DNA of 64,000 nucleotides from Octopus vulgaris (Eukaryota): NCBI GenBank assembly GCA_951406725.2, contig OX597831.1, positions 19,468,001 to 19,532,000 of the forward strand, read 5' to 3'. Shown piece by piece: positions 56,116 to 64,000 of this stretch (position 1 is its first letter; each line of letters starts with the position of its first letter). The notes under the pieces were generated by a model. It saw only the letters and a program-made list of their open reading frames with translations, ran no database searches and was not told where the DNA came from. The position numbers and the translations under genes were made by a program.

Positions 56116-56635
56116 CTGGTGACTTATCAGGATGTGCAGATTGTTTGTAGTTCAGTTCAATCCATTATAATGAAGATTTGAGCGTAAGGATGAAGTAAGG
56201 ATGGTCATCTTCACTGCAAGATCTCAAGTTTAGCCAGATTTACTTTAGATGGGTTGGTACGTATCTTGTTGCTTCAATGATAGTTCTTATGAGGTTGAGC
56301 GTGCACACTGAGTATTGAATCTATAAACTCCCAGGGTCACTAGGTATCAGCTTTCTCTTGCATTCATCTGACCACATTGTCTTGTGGTCCCGCACAATAA
56401 ATCCTGGACGGTTATATTTTAACTTTCAAATTCCACCAATATTTTTTATTATCTTCTCCCAGTCTGATCTGGCCCCTGCGTCATCCCCAAAATAATTTGT
56501 GGAAAACATTCCACAAGCAGTTGGCAACGACGTGTTCATGTCTTTTCTCTTGCTCATGTAAAGCCTACGTTTGTTTTCTGTCAGCATTTTCTCTCTTTCT
56601 CTTATGGTGTACGAACTTGGCAGGGATCTCCTGTG

Positions 56636-56667
<32 letters not shown>

Positions 56668-56848
56668 CATGCATGCATGCAGCGATGGATGGAGAGATGG
56701 ATGGATGGTTAGATGGATAGCTGATCCCTTTCTAGACATAGTAGTGTGTCTAATTGCTGGTGCAGATCGGGATTAATGAATTATTTATGCATGGTATTTT
56801 GTGAACGATTCAAAGAAACACAAAAAAAAATAGCAGTAACTGAAGATT

Positions 56849-56879
<31 letters not shown>

Positions 56880-56954
56880 TGTAGTGGTGGTGGTGGTGGT
56901 GGTGGTGGTGGTGGTGTAGTAGTAGTAGTAGTAGTAGTGCTGGTGGTGGTGGTG

Positions 56955-56998
<44 letters not shown>

Positions 56999-57005
56999 GG
57001 TGGTG

Positions 57006-57046
<41 letters not shown>

Positions 57047-57155
57047 GGTGGTGGTGGTGGTGGTGGTGGTAGTAGTGGTGGTAGTAGTAGTAGTATAGTA
57101 GTAGTAGTAGTAGTAGTAGTGGTAGTGGTAGTGGTAGTGGTAGTAGCAGTAGTAA

Positions 57156-57186
<31 letters not shown>
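56849..57186. repeat. Compound (TAG)n/(TGG)n trinucleotide repeat at the 5' end of intron 2
   Basis: Seen directly. It starts about 10 nt after the exon 2 donor on the minus strand. Confidence 0.95.
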
Positions 57187-57196
57187 TTACACTTAC

Positions 57197-57290
57197 CTGC
57201 AGGAGTCTGAATTGCCTTTGATAGGTCCGACTTGGCTGACTTGAGATGCGCACAAGTTATGAGCCTTAGTGACACAAGCGGCCTCGTCAA
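57197..57290 (-). CDS. Exon 2 of the secreted six-cysteine peptide gene
   Basis: Acceptor cttcttatttatgtcag, 94-nt exon, donor CAG|GTAAGT. Phase 1 in and phase 2 out give VDEAACVTKAHNLCASQVSQVGPIKGNSDSC, open and in frame with exon 1. Confidence 0.8.
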
Positions 57291-57538
57291 CTGACATAAA
57301 TAAGAAGTCATGCTTTAATATTTCTGACACCAATAGCATGCATTTGTATTATTTGTCTTAAGAGTTATGACGTATCCGTATAAATGAAGCCCATCATACA
57401 TGTGAGTGCTTGTGTCTGTGTGAGTGAGTGTCTGTCTGTGTCTATGTGTTTGTGCGTGTGCCTGTGTAAATGTATGAATATACATGCATATATGGATACA
57501 TGCATATATGGATACATGCATATATGGATACATGCATA

Positions 57539-57570
<32 letters not shown>

Positions 57571-58692
57571 AGGACCTAAAATACTGGAGAATCACTATAC
57601 AATACGTGGAAAAATTATGAAGTGAAAATATTTGGAAAACATAAAAAGTGGAAGAGAAATGCCTTCATTTTGCATAGTTTAATATCTTTTTCTAGAAAGA
57701 TTTTTTTTTTTATATATACATATTTTATGGATGGTAAGAGTCTCATACAAGGTAATGATATCCAACCGGTTTTCGCTATTTAAATTAGCTTTTCAAGGGA
57801 CATTGAGAAATAATCATTCCTTGAGACAAAGGAGTCTCGGCATTTTGGATTACTTGAAAAGTAAGAATGTGTGTGTGTGTGTGTGTGTGTATGTGTGTCT
57901 GTGTGTGTGTGTATGTGTGTGTGTGCGCGTGTGTGTGTGTGTGTTTATGTATTAGGCAAGGTATAAATAATAGTCATCACATATTTTTCATTTATTGGAA
58001 TGAATTTGGCTTTCAGATGTTTCCAGTGGTTACTGCTTCCTTACTGACAGATTTCGCAATTAGTCTATTGATCAGAGGAAAAAAGTGGAACGGCCTATGC
58101 TCCAATGAAGGGGAGACAAGCATACACATATACACAAAAGGAGACGGAAACACATGAAGACACGTATGGAGACACGCCTCTATACATACCAGAGGCATAA
58201 CACACCCCTCAATATATACACACTCAAACGCATACACACAAGGAGACAGATGTATACATACAAGTACACACACTCTCACACACATACATACAAACGCACA
58301 AACACGCACACACACGTACAAGACTATACAGAATACATAATACATACATAAATACATACATGTGTAGACACATGCATACATACATATCTGCATACACACA
58401 CACATTCATATAGAAACAAGCACAGATTTACGCTGACGCGCACACATGCGCACAAAAAGACAGAAAGAACGCAGCTACAATAAAAGGCAGGGTCAACATC
58501 CATTGACAAGATTGCAAAAGCAGCGAAAATTGTAGAAGAGAAAATACAAAGAATAAATGAGTGGAAATCGAACCAGTGAGTGTGTTAGATAATAAGGCAT
58601 TAAGACTATACGTCTCTACCCAGACACCGCAAAATTTGCTTCAGCACACGAATTCACATAAATAATCTTGCAAACTAGATACAAACACGAAT

Positions 58693-58758
<66 letters not shown>

Positions 58759-59064
58759 TTAGAGGAAACCTCTGTTAAACAATTCAATCGTGAAAGACAT
58801 TATTCACACCATATAGAAAAAAGTCAAATATACTTCAGAAAAGATTATACTAAAAATCAATAGAGTACATAAACAATAAACAGTAAATAGACAACGCGCG
58901 TTCCGTAGCTATATTTTCACATAGATAATAATAACGTCTGTTACTAGTGAATTGTTTAATCGATGTTTTTCTCTAAATTTTGTACATATATTATATATTT
59001 TGAAATTTGATTTAGAATTGCTAAATTGAATTTTTCCGTGTAAGTTTGGAATTATATTCCCTAC

Positions 59065-59111
<47 letters not shown>

Positions 59112-59299
59112 GTGTGTTTGTGTATACTTTCATTCCTGGTCTGAGTACCTGGGTACGCTATCGAAAGTTTTCTCTAAGTTCCAGAACACAAAAATTAATG
59201 ATCTTCTCTGCTCTTGAGCCTTTTCTTGAAGAAGGCAGGAGTAAATTATCATATCGATGGTACGACAAGTGCATCAGAAACTGCGCTGCAAACCTGCAA

Positions 59300-60840
59300 G
59301 AACTTTGCCAGTAACGACCACTGATCTGTCTTTCGCTCGATAACCGTGAGGCAGAAGCTTCAAAGATATGGTGCTTTCAATGCCTTCATGCGCTTTAAAG
59401 GCTTTTAAAACTCGAGTAGTTTAGCGGGAGTGACATCCAGTGTTGGATCTGGTATTAGGGGAGATTTCAGAACGGGTCAACCACCTTGGTAGATGACCGG
59501 TTGAGAAGTGTCTGAAAGTGTTCCTTCCATTGTTCAGGTGTGTTTTTATTGTTCAGGTGTGTTTTTATTGTGCACATCGGTGAGTTTATCGTATTAGTTA
59601 CGCCGCAACGGGAGGCAATGATTAGCTTTGTCGTAGTGTAGAAACAGCTAAGGTTCTTGCTGTCTGTGAACGACTGCATTACCCCCGCTGCTGCTTGCCA
59701 CCAAATATTCTGGAGTTCAAGGAGTCTACGATGGCACTGCTGATTGCCCGTCCGGAAGCCTAGAAAGTTGGTGCGCTTGGGAAATTCTCCCACAGCTGGC
59801 GAGAAGGATATGCCTGTGCTTCGATCTCAGATGCTTCCAGGTGGTCTTTTACCGGTTGGGATAAAAGCGGAGAATGTTAGGAACCACCAATATATTCTCA
59901 AGGCATAAGCCAGCGAGAAGCAGTCCGTTCAAGTTACAGTTCCCACATCCTGCTTTCTTAGTATTCCCGTCCAGCGGTAATAAACTCGTCCGACCCTGGC
60001 GTTGAAATCTCGCAACACGCGGCATTGGCATTTGTTTCTTCTTCACACGACCACGATGATCCTGTTGAGATAGGAGTAGAAAGAATCCTCGATTAGATAA
60101 AGGGTAGGGACGTTATTGAAAAGGGGATGGTGGATGAACATGAGCCGTTCATTGGTAAATGTGAGAGCCAGAATGAATATTTTCCACTAGAGAAGTCTGT
60201 CGCATAAACCATGGTTTCGCTCCTCTATAAAATGTTTTGCCTTCATTCTGATGCCCCATAGCAGTCTTTATATCCTCAACTTGATATCCCGTGTCTTCCA
60301 CAAGTTGATCGATATATGTTCTTCTTGGACTGCCAATACCCGTATGTCTGTACATAGGATTCCAGACGAACTCTCCGGAAATCGCTTCTCCAATAGTGTC
60401 AAGCATAACGTGTTTATTCTCTGTTTACCCAGGTGATGGAAGGAAGACTGACATACAGTTGCTGCTTTGTAAGTTGTTGCTAATGATAAAGATGAAAAAA
60501 TACATGAATCATTTCTGTGTGTACAACTTCAAGCTTCCTTTCGAGCCTTTTGTGCATTGTCCATGCTGAAGAACCATAGAGAGTAGCGATTTCACGACTA
60601 CTTTACAGAAATTCTTGGACAGATTTTCATAGTTTGAAGGATCTTCGTAGGGGACACGTACTGCTCTTTGTGGATTTCACAAAGGCGTTCGATTCTGTGT
60701 ACATTGTAAATGTGACAGACATACTGCTGGCCAGCGGAGTTCCTAAAACGAGAGTGTCCTTTATGACGGTGACTTATCGGAATACTCACGCAGAAGCGCG
60801 CTCGCCGCATGAGGATGAGTGTTTAGCCTTGCTTGACTAA
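59300..60840. mobile_element. Scrambled RTE-clade LINE fragments in intron 1
   Basis: LLFVDFTKAFDSV (60634-60840 plus), WNP....GSPRRTYIDQL..DTG (60149-60406 minus) and QWKEHFQTLLN (59467-59793 minus). Confidence 0.6.
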
Positions 60841-61143
60841 TTTCTAAATTTGACCATTTGTCCAATGTCGAATCGTTCGCTTCTTGGACGCAAATGACAT
60901 AATGCTCAAGTGGCTTTAAAGAGTTATGTCCAAGTTTGTTTTTTTTTTGTCTTTTATGCAATATCGACCTGAATTTCGTCATTTAAGAAGTCGGCAAAAA
61001 AAGAGGTAGACAACACACAGGGCTGTACATTAATTGCCAGTTAAGCCCCTCCCGTAAATCAATGACCTCTGGCTTTTTACCTAATGGCTTCATCTAGTTT
61101 TATAGAATAACTGTTACAGGAATAGAATCGAGGAATTACTTAC

Positions 61144-61198
61144 CAGCACTTACGAAGCTGCCCAAAATTACGAGACAGAGAATGATGGCCAATTTCAT
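61144..61198 (-). CDS. Exon 1 (signal peptide) of a small secreted six-cysteine peptide gene
   Basis: Minus strand reads ccaagATG followed by MKLAIILCLVILGSFVSA plus one G, then donor GTAAGT (61143-61138, phase 1). The signal peptide is classic: Lys, hydrophobic core, V-S-A cleavage site. A TATA box lies upstream. Confidence 0.85.
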
Positions 61199-61257
61199 CT
61201 TGGATATTTTTCTGATAGTTGAAGAAGTCGTAGAGTTATGCGGCGGTTTGATGTGGG

Positions 61258-61310
61258 TTAATGCTGTCCGATAGACCCCGCTTTTATACTCGTAACATGA
61301 GCACCAGGTG
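61258..61310 (-). promoter_or_regulatory. TATA-box core promoter of the peptide gene
   Basis: TATAAAAG at 61288-61281 on the minus strand. An Inr-like GCATTA lies about 25-30 nt downstream, the ATG 90 nt downstream, and an E-box CACCTG at 61310-61305. Confidence 0.65.
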
Positions 61311-61400
61311 CTAAAATGCATTGAATGCAATATAATGCATTTAATAGCTTTAGAAATGCAGTATATTGATTTCGTTCTTGACGGCATTTATTATAGATAG

Positions 61401-61437
<37 letters not shown>

Positions 61438-62373
61438 TAGAGAGGCACACACACACTCACGCTCATAAATATATCCATCCATACATACATATACATATAC
61501 ACACAGACACACACGCATACATATATTCACACAAACATACATACTTCTGTACAGAGATGTGAGAGAAATGACATAATGTTAGCAGCTGTTTGTAACAAAA
61601 CATGAATGTTATCTCGGTTCTGATAGTCATTATGAATGCATATATGTGAATGGGTACGTGTACGATGCATTGTACAAACATGCTGCACTATACAGCAGCT
61701 ATAATGTGGCATACCTAATGCAGGCATAATGTGGTGCAAACGTTTGCGAAAACAGATAAATACCCCATCTTCGAAATCATAGTAATGGCTTTTTCATTTG
61801 AAAAGTAACGATTTAAGAAAAACCTGCTTAACAGTTGACATTTTTATATAAAGATAACAATATAGAGAAAATATTGTGCTTACAAAACATAGTGTGAATA
61901 GTTTATAATACATACACACTCACAAACACAAGCACAAACAAACAAACAAACAAACCAACAAACACACCCATACACATAGATGTATATGTCTATAGATACA
62001 TAAATACATATAAATGGATATACATATATTATTATATAAAAATACATGTACAGTGTATATATGTATATATGTGTATAGATAGATATATAACTTTCTTTCT
62101 TGGCCACAAAGGGCTGAACACAGAGAGGACAAATACAAATGTAGAGCTTTTCTTTTCGAAAATGAAAAAGAAAATGGGGAAAAAAGAGAAAAAAAGTAAA
62201 ATTCCAATCAAAAGGATTGGGGGTGGGGGAAGGCGATCAAAAGGGATCATGTATCACAGAAGAAGTTTTTATAATGTAAGAAGCAAGATTAGGTTTATCC
62301 ATGGAAATAAAAGCCACGGTAATCTCAGGCAGGGATGGAATAAACACATGAGAGCAAAGAGTTCTCTCTCTCT

Positions 62374-63535
62374 CACGCACTATATATTTGGTGTTGCTTT
62401 GCTTCAGTGCTATTTATTTTTTACATTAATCTTAATCTTATTTCGGCCAGAGTTCTTTCGTCACACTCCTGTGACCGCATCAGTGGTTCTTCGTTTTCTC
62501 CTTTCTTATTTGTGTCTCTCCTTACTAACCGTCAGCCATTTTGTATTTCTATTGTGTGTCTTCATTTGCGCATGCTTATATCTCTATGTGCGTCTATGTT
62601 TATTTTGTGTGTGTATGGGGGGATGCCTGTAATATTTGTATCTTCTGTTTATATACGTTCATGTAATATGTTTTTGTTGTTGTTTTTGTTTATTCTTATT
62701 TGGTTCATGTGTTTACATCCACTTATTATTATCATTACATATGCTTGTATGTATGTATGTATGTATGTATAACAACAATACTAGTAATAATAATAATAAA
62801 TTTTTTAAAAAATTATATAGTTATTTATTTCCATTTGTTTATTTATCTGTGTATTTATTATGTTTTCGGGATCCTCTATCGTTATATGTTGTGGTGTGTG
62901 CTAGTGTTCCATTCTAGTTTCCTATTCAGGAAAGGTTTATTTTCTATTATGTGTGTAGCTTCTGTAATTTGTGTGATTGTTGCATCTGTTCTATGTGTGG
63001 ACAATATTTTAATGTCTATGTTGTTGATTGATCCCCATGTTCCTGTTCGGCGTGTTGGTACAGAATCGATGAGCTTTTACTTTCCTTGAGTTCTCTCCAA
63101 TGTTCATTTTTTTAAATTTATTATTATTATTACTAGTATTGTTGTTATACATACATACATACAACCATATGTAATGATAATAATAAGTGGATGTAAACAC
63201 ATGAACAGAATAAGAATAAACAAAAACAACAACAAAAACAAATTACATGAGCGTATATAAACAGAAGATACAAATATTACAGGCATCTCCCCATACACAC
63301 ACTAAATAAACATAGACGCACATAGAGATATAAGCATGCGCAAATGAAGACATACAAAAGAAATACAAAATGGCTGACGGTTAGTAAGGGGAGACACAAA
63401 TAAGAAAGGAGAAAACAAAGGACCACTGATGCGATCACAGGAGCGAGACGAAAGAACTCTGGCCGAAATAAGATTAAGATTAATGTAAAAAATAAATAAC
63501 ACTGAAGCACAGTAACACCAAATATATAGTGCGTG
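62374..63535 (-). mobile_element. 5'-truncated Penelope-like element with inverted pseudo-LTRs
   Basis: Arms of about 430 bp (62374-62812 and 63107-63535) enclose a GIY-YIG C-terminus: (Y)IGENSR..SILYQHAEQEH..IKILS..QITEATHIIENKPFLNRK..EWN, with frameshifts. Each arm has a hammerhead-like motif. Confidence 0.85.
62447..62486 (-). ncRNA. Variant minimal hammerhead (family E); mirror copy at 63423-63462 on the plus strand
   Basis: CCA-CTGATGC-G-GTCAC(aggagt)GTGAC-GAAA-GAAC-TC-TGG. The core deviates at position 9. Confidence 0.5.
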
Positions 63536-63620
63536 TGTTTTTATTGGCTAAACTGGCAAAATGACCATTCCGAAGTATAACAATATATATATATAAATAT
63601 ATTTATATTTCTATATATAC

Positions 63621-63662
<42 letters not shown>

Positions 63663-63744
63663 TTATTCATTTATATTTCTATATATACATATATATATAT
63701 ATATATATTTTATTTATTTATTTATATTTCTATATATATATATG

Positions 63745-63789
<45 letters not shown>

Positions 63790-63816
63790 TTATTTATATC
63801 TCTATATATACATATG

Positions 63817-63855
<39 letters not shown>

Positions 63856-63858
<3 letters not shown>

Positions 63859-64000
63859 GGTCCCGGTTTGATTCGGGGTTAACCACAGTAAATAAAGTAC
63901 TCAATACATAGCAGAGTAAAATTAATTTATTATATAGAAGGAGCTTCTACAGGACTAGAACTGTTTCATTCAAGAGAAATCATCAGGAAGCTAGTTAACA
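63856..64000 (-). mobile_element. Family A pseudo-LTR-like element with a hammerhead at 63942-63992 (runs off the window)
   Basis: Matches 3106-3250 with about three substitutions, none in the ribozyme. It also abuts (TA)n. Confidence 0.8.

Noticed and set aside
56120-56600. Candidate extra exon in intron 2
   Set aside because: The minus strand shows RH and NRP.FIVRD traces of a decayed R4-type LINE, and has no suitable splice sites.
56781-57311. Poly-Leu/Tyr/His/Thr ORFs
   Set aside because: They are read-through of exon 2 into the intronic trinucleotide repeat.

Overview
AT-rich, repeat-dominated animal genomic DNA. It is almost certainly octopus, because it is full of the tRNA-derived SINE families typical of Octopus genomes (recognised from memory, not searched). 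Most ORF-track entries are microsatellite artefacts. One likely host gene is invisible to the ORF track: a three-exon minus-strand gene (CDS 61198-61144, 57290-57197, 52665-52572). It has a TATA box, canonical splice sites and matching intron phases, and encodes an 80-aa secreted precursor with a 62-aa, six-cysteine mature peptide that I do not recognise. About ten hammerhead-ribozyme motifs from about six short Penelope pseudo-LTR-like families lie mostly between (TA)n tracts, with Penelope RT and GIY-YIG fragments nearby. R4/Dong-clade LINEs are stacked in (TAA)n. An ORF1-only L1/Tx1-like element is inserted with a 15-bp TSD into the head of a SINE. The window also holds a complex local rearrangement (triplication, inverted capture and a 2.63-kb tandem duplication), several fold-back palindromes, and degraded DNA transposons. 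Repeat boundaries were read by eye and are approximate.
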